Assembly: GCA_964035545.1 (NCBI GenBank)
Contig: OZ037768.1
Coordinates: forward strand, 21,545,119 to 21,609,118
DNA length: 64,000 bases
Direction: 5' to 3'
DNA from: Bugula neritina
Lineage: Eukaryota; Animalia; Bryozoa
Part shown: positions 41,901 through 53,400 of the stretch, piece after piece
Layout of the letters: each line of letters opens with the position of its first letter
How positions within the stretch are numbered: the first letter of the stretch is position 1
Translations under genes and position numbers: made by a program
The notes under the pieces: model-generated
The model's database searches: none
What the model was told of the DNA's origin: nothing
The model's input: only the letters and a program-made list of their open reading frames with translations

Positions 41901-42841
41901 AAAAGAGTTTGTTGCTCGTTGACAGTACAGTGGATGATTTCTTCCTCTTTCTCAAGAGTGAGTAGCGTACGGACACGATTGTCCTGCAGACTGAATATAC
42001 CAATATGAGTTCTCTTTTTTAAACTTGGCATAGACTGATGACTCGGGGCCTAAGAAAGCCAGTATAAAAACAGAAAAGCTAGCAAATAGTGTTTTTACAG
42101 AAAAAATATGATCAACATATTCTGTGAATTTCTGAACCTTTGCTCAAAAATATCCTGTAATTTAAGTCTTCTATCTGAGTCCAGTTTATGTTTTTTAAAG
42201 AGCAAAAAATAAAAAATACAGAATTATTAAACATTTTCAGTAAATTCGTAAATAATAAAAGATAAATAACATTATATATTAGAAATTTGAAACCGTATAA
42301 ACATACCGCTCCATTTTGAGTAACACAACGGAACAGGAAAGAGCAATCACGCTCTTTACCCACAATGCACACCGAATCTGGTATAAGTATATCACCTGAA
42401 AACAACATAAAATAATTATACTTTTACTAAGCACATCTTCACACCTGGCTAGGAAATAATTATTACAAATTGTTATTGATAAACAAAATCACATAACTCT
42501 TTTAGGGAAAGATGAAATAAGAACCAAAGAGAAACCTGATGGTGCAATTTTTGCAATCATTTCACTCCAATTGCAGTATGTAACATAAAAATTGTTAGAA
42601 ATCAAACCCAATTAGCATAAAACTCAAAGCCAAATATAAAATCCAATTTCAACAAAACCTGTGTATAATTAAAAACACCAAATGTTGATAAAAAATTATT
42701 TTTGTAAATTGCACTAAATGATATTAGGACAAAAATATATATCGTCAACTAGACCTTACCTGAATGACTAATCCAACTTTCAGCATTTAGTCCTTTACTA
42801 ACTTCTTCTTTTAAGTTTATTATCTCATGAAACTGCAGCAT
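2926..42841 (-). CDS. GSAP: Gamma-secretase-activating protein / pigeon-like protein, 26 coding exons, ~944 aa
   Basis: Hand-spliced exons in transcript order: 42841-42760, 42395-42307, 42049-41899, 41590-41537, 41204-41049, 39752-39712, 39504-39331, 39035-38960, 38712-38566, 37886-37812, 37386-37291, 36774-36697, 36341-36142, 35820-35751, 35586-35480, 17674-17490, 13467-13366, 12938-12806, 12432-12194, 11613-11528, 10993-10945, 10596-10526, 9575-9417, 4162-4106, 3372-3298, 3008-2926. All are GT-AG and phase-consistent, totalling 2835 nt. Motifs match my recall of GSAP/pigeon: IIHCTVNEQQTLLA, HFWYQWDVDKQHLF, YVVAYLPDVFTHVINVQ, EYLLGSSF..LLPFTS, FHLLERY..LGLPLPDEFATLF..EFMQYVNCGLVELT, C-terminal TAPMLERAVFYYT. 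A few boundaries and the short low-conservation exons are less certain. Confidence 0.85.
4751..4771 (+). promoter_or_regulatory. Palindromic RFX X-box (GTTGTCATGACAAC) overlapping a CCAAT/Y-box
   Basis: Perfect 14-bp palindrome at 4751-4764 matching the X-box consensus GTHNYYATRRNAAC, ~135 bp upstream of the RTK ATG. ACAACCAATGAG also occurs at ~4642 and GGCCAATCA at ~4671. Confidence 0.6.
4898..8041 (+). CDS. Receptor tyrosine kinase (FGFR/RET-like kinase domain) with a very short ectodomain, ~523 aa, nested in a GSAP intron
   Basis: Exon 1 is 4898-6181 (GAG|GTAAAT) and exon 2 is 7754-8041 (TTGCAG|GTT), phase 0. One transmembrane helix LIIIIASLGGTAVVLVLILAVIFC is followed by RRKSQK. Kinase motifs: GKGNFSTVY, VAIK, FLYEFEIMK, HRDLAARNVLL, KIADFG, RPVRWLAPES, SDVWSYGIVLWEI, CWEETPKSRPPF. 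Confidence 0.93.
9203..9375. repeat. Imperfect inverted repeat (79-bp arms, 15-nt loop)
   Basis: 9203-9281 versus the reverse complement of 9297-9375: 63/79 identical with no gaps, by manual alignment. Confidence 0.9.
9595..9805. repeat. 15-bp minisatellite
   Basis: AGTTAC(T/C)ACTAG(T/C)A(T/C) repeats, next to the acceptor at 9576. Confidence 0.9.
10342..10540 (-). repeat. ~20-bp degenerate tandem repeat of a GSAP exon/donor junction, ~10 copies
   Basis: Plus-strand unit TTTACCTGCAGAAGAAAGAG. The rightmost copy is the real donor at 10525/10526. Confidence 0.85.
11950..12190. repeat. Degenerate (ACAGAC)n / CA-rich microsatellite
   Basis: Directly visible; starts at the GSAP donor at 12193. 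Confidence 0.9.
15275..15350 (-). mobile_element. Second SINE-like family copy
   Basis: About 45 bp nearly identical to 51310-51360, including the B-box-like motif. Confidence 0.5.
15700..16260. mobile_element. Dispersed repeat family; two ~110-bp inverted copies suggest a long-TIR non-autonomous DNA element
   Basis: The motif GAGAAAAGCCT(G/A)TGTTCTAGA.TAGAAATG..AGAAGTTATGTTCTCAC occurs inverted at 15700-15805 and 16145-16260, with further copies at 17100-17200 and 50505-50615. Confidence 0.6.
16620..16948 (-). repeat. SINE 3' fragment with internal tandem amplification (30/48-bp subunits, 78-bp higher-order unit)
   Basis: Seven copies of GAGAACCCCTGATGG at 16639-16888. The flank GGCACAGGGACAATTATGAC matches the SINE at 63609-63820. 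Confidence 0.8.
18829..20419. repeat. ~110-bp direct repeat pair 1480 bp apart
   Basis: TTTTATTATTGCAAGTCATTGAGAAA...CCATGAGCTCTTCACAATGATATAATAAT at 18829-18939 and 20309-20419, ungapped. Confidence 0.85.
20705..20775 (+). promoter_or_regulatory. Probable promoter of the nested SLC16-like gene (CCAAT box, E-box)
   Basis: AACCAATAG at ~20710 and CACGTG at ~20768, 150-210 bp upstream of the ATG. Confidence 0.35.
20923..25890 (+). CDS. SLC16/monocarboxylate-transporter-like MFS transporter, 3 exons, ~481 aa, nested in a GSAP intron
   Basis: Exons 20923-21133, 23987-24130 and 24800-25890 join through GT-AG phase-1 junctions (1446 nt). N-terminal DGPFSW is a variant of the MCT DGGWGW motif. HYFKKRQKMAYMATGIGYGMG matches the MCT loop 4-5 motif. 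About 12 hydrophobic segments and an acidic C-terminal tail. Confidence 0.88.
28530..28870. repeat. AT-rich degenerate tandem repeat
   Basis: Recurrent ATACTGAGTAATATAATAT. Similar low-complexity tracts lie at 9880-10180, 11040-11350, 17710-17880, 48335-48447 and 63845-64000. Confidence 0.8.
30119..30338 (+). mobile_element. tRNA-derived SINE, full length, with target-site duplication
   Basis: Pol III A box (GTGGTCTAGGGG) and B box (GGTTCGAGCCC), core GGTGATGTTAGGAAGAGCATGCAGTCATAATTGCTC, tail ACTATAAACAAGGGTGAGTTTTT. Flanked by TATATTAAA(A)TTAATGA at 30103-30118 and 30339-30355. Homologous copies occur elsewhere in the window. Confidence 0.88.
30565..30692 (+). mobile_element. 5'-truncated SINE copy
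   Basis: GGCATTCCGTCATAATTGCTC ... CACAGGGATGGCGACTATAAAAC.....GAGTT matches the core and tail of the adjacent full-length SINE. Confidence 0.65.
31490..31945 (+). mobile_element. Decayed 3' end of an RTE-clade LINE ORF2
   Basis: Frame-broken translations LVGNRNLATPNLVF, SWIKTVSTGLAAFEAKCRITAIEKRWK and ILSHQRACKK recall the C-terminal W..V..G...FE......EKR and L.SH.R motifs of RTE/BovB-like ORF2. Confidence 0.45.
33465..33803. mobile_element. Non-autonomous hAT (Charlie-like) DNA transposon / MITE, 339 bp
   Basis: Terminal inverted repeats CAGGGGTGTACAAC ... GTTGGACAGCCCTG, and a perfect 8-bp TSD GTTTAGAG at 33457-33464 and 33804-33811. Confidence 0.92.
36355..36543. repeat. 20-bp minisatellite
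   Basis: TAAGTACAATT(G/A)(G/T)AGTATAG repeated ~9 times, next to the acceptor at 36342. Confidence 0.93.
36785..37272. repeat. 20-bp minisatellite filling almost an entire GSAP intron
   Basis: ATATAATA(G/T)AATAG(T/C)AGAGT repeated ~24 times. It explains the three overlapping Tyr/Ile/Leu-rich ORFs. Confidence 0.95.
37450..37648 (-). mobile_element. Diverged copy of the tRNA-derived SINE
   Basis: The minus strand begins GGGAGCGTCTGTGGTCTAGCGGTTA..GGTCATCGGTTCGAATTTC (A/B boxes), and its 3' part resembles the family tail. Confidence 0.7.
40105..40537. mobile_element. PIF/Harbinger-like MITE, 433 bp
   Basis: Imperfect ~25-bp TIRs GTGCAGGGCCACACGACGGGTTTT / AAAAACGCGTGGTGTGACCCTACGC, flanked by TAA on both sides (40102-40104, 40538-40540). 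CpG-rich ends stand out from the AT-rich surroundings. Confidence 0.72.
40575..41050 (-). repeat. 20-bp tandem repeat carrying AT|GTAAGTAT donor-consensus copies
   Basis: Plus-strand unit ATACTTACATATACTGAG(T/C)T, in register with the real donor ATACTCAC|AT at 41041-41050. Confidence 0.9.
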
Positions 42842-44478
42842 CTTTATTTTACTCTAAAAATACTTTTGAATGATTTTCACAAAATCAAATATCAGAATTA
42901 CATCAAAATTATTACTTTGAGTAATACACCTAAAGCTTAAGGTTCAAATTAGTGATTTTAAAAACAATTAAGAGGCTGTTAAATCTATTGAACATAAAGT
43001 TCTCAGTTCTATATTTTTAAATTAGTTTTTATAAATACCTAAGTTAAAACTGTAAAATAAAATATATGCAGGCCAGAAAAAGCTTATGGTAGTTACAGTT
43101 GCATAAAATATACTCTTTGCTGTATTCATATTGTTTAAAATTAATGTATCAACTTACACACTATTATTCATTATTGATATCTGTCAAATAAAATCAGATT
43201 TATGGCAAATAGAAATAACTATTATTAAGAGCAAAATTATCATTATCAGGAAGTGATTTTGTGTATACTAGAAAAAAAAAACAGGAAGTCTAACAGTACT
43301 AGTAATACTAAACCTAGTACTGGTAAGTAATTGTAAAGCATTTAGGTCGACAATTAATATTATAAATATATGTTGTATGTACAAGTGTGAGTGCATGGAA
43401 GAGTGAGAAGTTAGATTGTAAAATAAGGCATCCGCAGTAGATGCAAGATGTAGCCAAATTTTCTAAACCGAGTTGTCTTAAAGTTAATATACTAATACTT
43501 TCATATTCACTTATAGTTTCAGTTGAGTTCGGCTGCCGTTGCTTTTACTACTTGGCACTTGCACAATCACAACGACTATGACTATGAGTGAATGACAAGC
43601 CACAATGACAATCACAATGACAATGAGTTTGACAATCACAATGCAATGATAACGCTATAAACATGAAACCAGATTTTAGTTAAAAAAAACAAATTTCATA
43701 TTACCTTACAGTTGCTACAATATAAGACTCTGGTCACAAGAATAACTAGTGTAACTTTTAGCAACTGCAAGTGTAGCCACTGTCAGTGAGTGTGTCAGGG
43801 TAATACTGATAGTGATAGTCTGAATCAAAGTGAAACTGAAAGTGGGCGTGACTCTGCTAAGTCGCATGGCATGCTGATGATCAAGTTCAAATTGTAAACA
43901 AGTCTGATTTAATTTAGCAACACTTGATATTTTTAGCACTTAAAATTGGTATGATTAACAAAAAATTGATATCAATTTGAAATATGAAGCATTGAGTAAT
44001 TCAGAAATTAGTCTGTGATGGTATTTTATTAGCTTTATGAACAAGGTTGTAAACAGGGATCACGAGGAGTGTTAGGTCAAGGTCAGTTTTGTTATGGATT
44101 AAAAAAAGTTATATATAATTTTTTAATCAGCTTATAAACGTAATTGCAATATTATTTTATTTAAATTTAAAAAATGAGCAATGCATTTAAGTGTTTTTAA
44201 ATCATTACTTTTTTTCAGTTTGAAGTACATAAACCGTTTACGGTTTTGTCAGAACGAGGCGTTGTTGACTGGTTGTTGTGGAAATGCGCATGCTTTCCTT
44301 CATTCGTTTCAGGTTCATTAGTTTACTGCTTAAACGTGCTCATGCTGACACATACTCTTAGAGTAAACGTGTGCTGCTTTTAATATGACCTGGTGTGCTA
44401 ATGAGAAAAATAACAGGTAGACTTGTTTAAATTCGTATGTGTTGCATAGCAGAGTCATACGCAAGTTAAGTTGCTAAA

Positions 44479-47400
44479 ATGAATTCGCGAATGGACGACA
44501 TTTTAACCCTGATACCCCAAGAGTTTTTGGCAGAATCAGAAGAAGAACTGCAAAAACTACTAAATGAAGTAAGAAATGAAATTGAAGAAAATGAAATGGT
44601 TCATGGTCTTCCTCTAAAAGTACCTAGGTAAGATTTTTGTTAGGTCATCTTAGCTTTCCTTAAGCATCAGGTTAATTGAGTTTTCAAATTCGGTTTGATA
44701 ACACTAATAATTGTTTATTTCAATTGCGTTTACTTATATTTTTATCAGCTTATGGATATCAACCAAACTTTTAATGCAACTAATAACTCAATAAGTGCTA
44801 AGAACTGATAATTCATTTATTGAATCAGTAAAGTTTTTATCATTATGTATTGATTTATTTGATTATCATTATGATAAAAGCGAAACAACAATTTTAGATG
44901 GCTGAACTTCCCAAAAAAAAAAAATCACTTTTTAGTAATAAATTTGGGTTTTAAAATTAATTGAATTTACTGCTGACTGTTTTAAGTTGTGTTTTTTGTG
45001 CAATTGGGACAAAAAGTGGCTTTTTTCTGATTGCAAGTAGGAAGTTATTTAGACACAAATTTCTGAAACAAAAAAGTTTCTGTTTATTTCTTACTTTAGC
45101 TTAGAATTTTTTATTTTGCTTGCATTTTTAGCACTGTCCCATTGCCAAAAGATGCCTCTTATTTTAAGAAAGAACGGAGCAGGGTAGTTGACAGAATGAT
45201 CACAGTATGTATGCAACCATTGCTATTCTTCTTTGTTCATTTTAACTAATGGCATTGTTAATTTGAAGTTTTATGATAAATTATAAAGATAATGAATATA
45301 AATAAAATAAACATAAATTTAAAAATGTATAAACTAAAGCGTTTTAAGGCTCCATAAAATATTTTATGATAGTTGAATAGAATTTAAATCACATTTTTTT
45401 TAAAAATTGATGTAAATTTAGGTAATAAACTATTTTTTGAATTGTATGCTGAAAATTAGATTCCAGAATGTACGATGAAAGTTATACAGGTTGAAAGAAG
45501 CATGTTGTAAAGTTGATATGGTGTTGTAGGTGTTGGCATGGAGTTTGGTTTTATTCAAATGATTCACATACTTCAACTGATTTAAACAAAAGTTTATATG
45601 GAGGCAATTTTCATGCCTTCTAGATTCTTCTAAGGCTTTTAAAATTTACATTGTTGTTTTGAGCTACAGTCAATGAGTAGGTTTATCTTCTTCTAAGTTG
45701 GCAACTGGCATTGCTAGATTTTCATGACTGGGACAGACCTATGTATATTAACTCAGTAGAATATAGTAAGAGCTTTAATACTGTCCATTTCTATTTATTT
45801 TCTTCCTCAAAAACGTTAGTTTGGAAGCCCTTGCACGACTGATAAAAGTTAGCTACAATGCTTTTTTTATTTTAGTGTATGCACTGTTGTGTTTAGTGCT
45901 AGTGCTTTAGAGTGTTTCTAAGTCAACTGCTATGTTAAAGTCTATTTTGCTGACAGGTGGGCCAGGCTAGACCAATCACAGTACAGGCTGACGTTCTCAA
46001 GGAGGAAATGTTGAACTGCCTGAAACCCGAATATTCAACACTCAGCCTGCCACTTCTACTACATGATGTTAGTTGTGGCCACTTCCTATTTGTTTATTAT
46101 GTAATAGCAAGTGATAAAGCGGTTAATAATATAATTACTAATTTGTTGATATTTCAAATGAAATTAGCTTATTAGAATTTCTATAGCAACTAACATTGAT
46201 ACATTTTTGACTTATTTGCCTAAATTACTTTCTAAAATGAGGGGTGAGTGTTTAGCAAACATTTTGTTAGGCTTCTTGAATGTTTTCTTGCAGTTAGCTT
46301 TTTAATTATAACGACAAAATTATATTTAACTATTCAATGTTGGCAATGTACATAATAAATAGTAGAAGGCTTTACTAAATTTGAATGGAAAATATATTTA
46401 CATGTAATAAATTTATGTGAAACACTATTAATGGCTTCTAAAAATATATTCTGTGTCAATATATTTTTTGCTGACATGTAAATGGTATTGTTATTGCTTT
46501 TATTTTCCCTTATCTAGTGGCAATGTAGTGGTGGATCTATTGTAGTACTTTGTGAAGCGTATGGGTGAACTGGTACAAGCTAAGTACCTTCACATGTTAC
46601 GATGGAGGAGGTTTTGTGAGCACACTAATGTGATAGAGTCACTCTACCCCTACTACCAGCGCAGGATACAGTTAGTCTTATTATTTCCTTTTTGTGCTGC
46701 TTGATTTTCAATTAAAAACAAGTTTTAGACGTGTAACTTTTCAATATAACATCACTTTCAACTTCAAGTAAAGTAACTCATAAATGTCTCTAATATTTTT
46801 CCATTATGTTTTGTTCAAATAAACCAAATCAAGTAACATGGTAAATATTTCTATTTCTATCATTATCTTAATTATATGATATTTTAAGTTAGAGATTTTC
46901 TATAATTCTGTATTTTAACAGTGAATGTAACTCTATTGGTAGCATTTTTGAAATTTAGAATGAGAAATTTTGTGTAAAGCAAAGAATCTTTAGATTTCAA
47001 ACTTATTTAAATCTAATATATTGAAAAATCTTTTTCAGTCAAATCAACGCAGAGTATACGGACTGCATGGAAAGAGCCCAAAGATTGTCTGTAGCCAAAG
47101 AGGCTTTATCACAGAACTCAAACTTTGCAGCTCAGTCCGTGAAAAGAGATGACCTCATCATATATCTGAAATGGCTGATTTGTCATCACCACAGCGTGAA
47201 AAGAGTCAACCAGTATCTCACAGTGTGTATCAACTTACTTCTTATATAATTAGAGTCAATTTGTATTTTTATAATTGATTTTAGGAAAAAATCCTACAAT
47301 TTATAGCATTTCAATGCACTGCTGCTCTGTAAATATTATATTCAGTTTCAAGAGTTAATAAACACATTTATTCTACTAAATAGTTAACCACTAATTTTTT

Positions 47401-50400
47401 CTCTGTGCAGCTCTTTATATTCCTTGGCTCAAAGTTTGTGTTGCAGTGGTTTGTAATGTGAATGGCAAGAGCAGTTAAACAGGATGCAGTTTTGTAAGAA
47501 TAAAGTTAAATCAAGTTTTAATCATTTTAACAAAATCAACAGCAGGAAGTCTCATCAGTAGCCTGAGAAATATAAAGTATATTGTGTTTATAATAATCAA
47601 TTAGCTTCAATACCATGTGGTTTCATCAAAAATCACTTTCCTGTCTGTCTGTTTGCAGTTTTTTTTTTGTTAGCAACAGACTTTGAAAAGCCGATGTTAA
47701 ATTTTGTACAGTGTGCTGCAATTAGCTCTATCATGAATCAGCTTAGATTCTATATTTCAGAAAAAATACAGTGAAAGAAGGAAGCAAAGGCTTCTCTAGA
47801 ACTTGTTATTTTACTTTCAGGTGTTGCAGTGGTTCCATGTTTCACATAAAAACCAGGTTCTTCCAGAAAGACATACTGAAGAGGTTGGTTGCATTACGTC
47901 CCATAAAATAGATATAATATATTGTAGTCTTGGGCTATATCGTTCAGCTGTTTAGTTACACATCTCTAATATTTATGTAACCAGTACTGCATAGGTTGTG
48001 GTGCTATTTTCACATGAAACCCTAATGATCTTAGTATGTTAATTTATGTTTATATAACTAGGAAACCACTGGACAGCAGGCTATGAATAAGTTCTCTCTG
48101 AGATACGACGATGTGGAGCCCGCTTCTTCTAAAGTCTCTAAACCTTTGGTGACTATAGCTAAGCCTACCAAGTCTTCTGTAATATCATCTGCAGAGAATG
48201 TAGACCCTACAGTACCACCTCCACCGCCATTGGTTAACCCTCAACTCTTCTCAACCAATCCCGTTCCTGCGTCTGCATTCCTCATGGCTGCTGCAGCTGC
48301 AGGTAGAATGTGACTCAAATCTAAAGATTTTAATAGAGTTTGTAGTTTAATAGTTGTATAGTTTAACAGTTGTATAGTTTAATAGTTTTATAGTTTAATA
48401 GTTGTATAGTTTAATATTTATATAATTTAATAGTTGTATAGTTTAATGGGTTTCTAAGTTGATTAGTATATAGTTTGTAATGAAGCTGCTAAAATGGAAC
48501 AGAGGAGAAGCAAACTATTTTTTCATATAAATGTAGGAGAAAGCTAGTAAGAGTTATGTGGGTTAGTTTATTATTACTGCAAGACATATGCTGCTGAAAA
48601 ACTCAGCAAATTGCTTTCCGGCTCAACTTAATAATATGTATAGTGTAGACCTGCTGATAGAGGGGACATAACTCTCAACTTACTGAATATTCTCCTAGTA
48701 TACTTGTATTAATAATATATGCTAGTAATTGTAGGTTAATAATGCTAAATCTGTTAGTGCTACCTGCTATTATAGTGCTACTAGCCTGCTAGTAGTGTGT
48801 TAGTAGAGTGCTAGTAGTCTGCTAACAATGCAGCAATGGTTTATTAACAGAATGCTATTAGTTTGCTAACTCAATGCTAACATAGTTGGAGTTGTCGCTA
48901 TTGTAATCATGTTCATTAATGTGATTATCTGGAACAGTTTTCTCGAAGTAAAATGTATATTAACTAAATATCTGTACGGTTTGCAGGTGGAGGATTGCCT
49001 GCAGATGATCCCCAAAGACTTCCACTGCACTGCAATGAGTTCCAATCACTAAAACCTCATATTCTATATTTGGCACATATTTACGATGTTGAGTCAGTGA
49101 GTGTTGATTCTGTTAATTTTCTTTTTTACATAAATTATTTCTTAATTAGTTACCATGAAATTTGAGAGTCCAGCATTTAGTATGTTTATTTGTTTACACT
49201 ATTCTGATGCATCTCGGCTTTTTATTTATAATTTATAGTACGTTAGCGCTTGGGCAAGATTGTTTGAAAAAACAATTTAACATCTCTTGAGAGCTGTTAA
49301 TAATTCAGCTTGCAAAAAGCTAATTTTACCCTCAAAAGCTTTAATTTGTCTTCAATTTTATAAAATGTTAAGATGATGGTTGCTATAGGTTTATTAAGTT
49401 GAGGAGATGTTTGGTTGTAATACCTATACTAAGCTGTTTAGTTCTAAGGCTGACAGCATGCACACATACACATGCTTTTTAAAACAAGTTTTTTACTGCT
49501 ACAAGAGATAAGCAATAGGGAAATTGATTGTAAGTTAACCATTCTGTTTGTATGCGTAACTGCATACATATGATTATATCGAACTGTTGTTTATACTAAA
49601 TTACATAATAAATATTATTTTCACATTTTAGTGTTTTCAAATTTACAATAATATTTATTTATAATTAAAATTATTCGTATAAGTAATTCATTACTCCTGT
49701 AATTCTAGCATTCAGCCAGCTGCACTTTGGTTAGTAGAACATATTCCATATACCTGATACAGGTTCAGCTCCTGAAGTCCTCCATAATATACACTGCCAC
49801 CCTCAGTCATGTACAACCCAAACACACTCATATGTTCCCTGTTACCCCATGTGCTGTTTGTATGGCAAATTCACTTCCATATACCATTATTACTAACTTA
49901 ACAAGGAATACACTACCACCACTATGTACTCCATCACTATATACTACTATCACTATACACTATTGCCACTATGTACTACCAACACTAGTAGTTATTACTT
50001 CTACTACTTCTACTACTACTACTACTGCTACTGCTATTGCTACTGCTACTACTACTGCCACTCCTACTACCACTACCACTACTGTTACTATTAGTATTAC
50101 TACTACTATTACTATAACTATGACTGTTGTTACTATAACTACTGTTACTATGACTACTGTTACTGTTGTTGTGGCTGCCATTTCTACTGTTGGGCAATAG
50201 ATACTATTTGCTCCTCTGCTAATACCACATCTACTTCTGTAGAACGTGGAGAATGTGACAACCACAGCTGATGAGATGGAGATGTATGCAGCTGTACTCA
50301 GAGTATTCAAGAAGGTCTACACCAGACAAGAAACTATGAAGACTTTCAAGATGTATGATTGTTTGGAGGTTAGTGGTGGTGTCTGGGATTTTATTTAGTT

Positions 50401-53400
50401 ATTGAAATAAAAAGAATTTGTAAGTTCTATAGTACTTGAATAGTTAACTAATATCCATGCAGTAGTGAAGAAACTGAGATAGCCTAAGTACTTTAATTTT
50501 TTATTAAACTTTGGTTTGGGGCACAGGTTTGAAGTTCTTGTGAGAACATAACTTCTTATGCTAAAGTTCTAATCTAGAACACAGGCTTTTCTCAATTTCT
50601 TCATTACTGCACCTACTTCCTAATATTGGTATTCAAGTGCCGTATAAATTTCTCTTGAAATCATCGAACTAGAGTTTTATTAAATTGAACATATTATTTT
50701 GTTGTGTGCTGTGCCGTATAAATTTCTCTTGAAATCATCGAACTAGAGTTTTATTAAATTGAACATATTATTTTGTTGTGTGCTGTGACCTAGCCACAGT
50801 TCAGAATTTTATTATACGAAAGCAGTTATTCGACACACGTAGTGAGTTTTTTAACGTACCTCTAGTTTAAATTTTGAGTGGACAGCATGAATACTTATGA
50901 ATAATTTCAGATATTTAGTTTTCCTTTTACAAAGTGCTTTGACTTTGCTACTGTTATAATGCTAAAACTTTCATTGGCACTAATTGCAATTGTGATTCAA
51001 TTGTTTTGTGGATAATTTTTCCGTTACTCCAGACTACCATTCATGGCTTGTAACTAAAATGTACTCAAAATTAACTTCTAGTATTGTTTAGAGATTATGA
51101 AGTGACTTTGATTTTGCAGTTTGATTCAAATGTTAGAATCTTTGGACGACTGGTTTGTATTCTTATTTGACATTCTGCTGTGACATAGACATACACTATG
51201 TTTGTTCGAATAGATGCTCTCTCAGGTTACATCGAATTAAAAACTACATTCTTCAATTTGTACAATGTTTGGTCCTCTTAACTTTATATGGGGTTGTCTT
51301 TATGAAACTTTTGCCCCCATTGGGATTCAAACCCGAGACCTCCGGCTTGCAAGCAAGCATGCTACTATTACACCACCAAATAAACTTAATAGTACTACAG
51401 TCTTTTACTAGAGGAGCAAAATTTAGTACGGATAGACTATCAAGGTGCAGGTTCTTCATTTTATTTAACCTGAATGAGCATTTATTCAAACAATGGAAAG
51501 GCAGTGATATCATAGGATGTATTAGCATATTAATAAGTATTTTTATTCCCCAATAAACAAATTTAATTTTAATAAATATGCAGAGCATATAAGTGTTATG
51601 ATTGGTTTGTGGATGTTGACGAGAGAGAGTGAACTCGCGTTTGCTTCTGATTCCCTGCAAGATGTCTACCATATCAGGATAGCTTCTTTGACCCACTCTA
51701 GTTCAGCATATCTTCTGCATCTTTCTCATGCTGTGTTTGAGCCGGATTTTCTCTGCGAGTTTTGTTCAGCTATAAAGTTGTGCCTCCTCTACTTAGCATT
51801 TATTGACTGATCAACTTGTTTAATTGAATATTGCTAAATTAAATATCAAGAAATTTTTTTCTTGGTAAAATGTTTTGGCAAGTTTATGGTCCATTAAAAA
51901 GCTCTAAATGTACTATTCCTAAATTTTGATATAATACATTCTATTTTGTAAAAAATAGATTTTACAACACTCAAAAAAAAACATGCTTAAAAAATGTAAT
52001 TATACATGCAAATAACACTCGTGCCATCTAATATCAGGAAATTGTTTTCTAATGCGCATGTATCCATATTTGGGTAAGATTAACAATTCTTTAACTTTTA
52101 TTGATACAAAAGTTACTTCTAGGTGACCAAACGAATTCCACAACATGACAATATTATAAACTAAATGTGTGGTGTGTGTATCCTGTGTAGATGGGCTCAC
52201 AGAACTGGGGCGCGGACCACTCCACCCACGCCTTGAAGAAAGACTGTAACTGGACTGACTTCATCAACTTCAAACTGGATGTTGACCCAGTGCAGGAGAA
52301 GGAGATGACGCGTCTGAGGCACCGCAATAATGTTGATGAGTTGCTTAGAACCCAGTCTAGGTTTCTGCAGATTGCAGATTCTGAGGTAATATTTGCTTGT
52401 TAGCCTCAGATCCACAAATTTATTAGTTTTTTTTTTAATATCAAATGAAAAGCTGTTGTAGATATTTTTTCCAGGAGTGACTCATAATTACTTTTTTACA
52501 ATTTTTATGTCAGTAATAATTTCTAGATTGCAAAATATGAAATTGTGATTTGAATATCATATTCACTTGCATTGAGTCATACAGGTAAACATATCGATCA
52601 TTAGTTTACCTTCCCCGTTACATAGAAAGTTCTAGATGTGCTCAGAGTTCACGCTACAACTGTGAAAGCCACTCCAGCTCATCGGGAGATTTCTGTGAGA
52701 AATAATAAGACATCCCACAATCCACTGCAAGTCCTTCAGAAGATTTATGCGAATCCCGACGTCTATGCCAGGTGAGATACAAACATCTCAGTATACATTC
52801 TTGTAAACTACGTTGTTGAGAATCCGGGTGACGCACAAAGTACACTTGAGTGAAGATTTTAATTTTATTTAAATTTGTTTTTATTTATTGTAAGTTTTGG
52901 TTCGAAGGTACAACTGTTTTACTTGGTAAGCAGTTATTTTCATTAGAAGCGTCATAAAACTTTTAAAGTTTCTGGCTACAGACTTTGGGAACTAGAAAGC
53001 AGATTTCCATAAACAAATAACAAACCAAAGAAAATAAGTCTTTAAATTCACGCCTACAATTATAGTTGAACATGAAAATCATTAAAAAAGACATGCTCTT
53101 TATCACTAAGATATTTTCATTGGTGCAACATCAAGTCATTCTTTATTTATTAGACATTAAACTTATATGTAGACCTCAATGAGAGCAGGTAATGGTTCTA
53201 AACTGAAAGCGTTACCCAAATATGTATATTCTGTAACTAAGGCTCTGATGCTGTGCAATGTCAAAGAGCATTATGTATTGCACAGCAAAGAGCATGCGGA
53301 AGATGGCAGACAGGGAAGTTTTGACCCTAGAGATGTGGAGACTGTGAAGTTGGGAACAAATAAGTCGAGAAAGAGGAAGGAAAGTTATGATTACTCTGAC

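Noticed and set aside
51155-51810. 130-150 aa intronic ORFs
   Set aside because: They overlap a SINE-like fragment, lack protein-like motifs and are not needed for the CCDC162-like frame.
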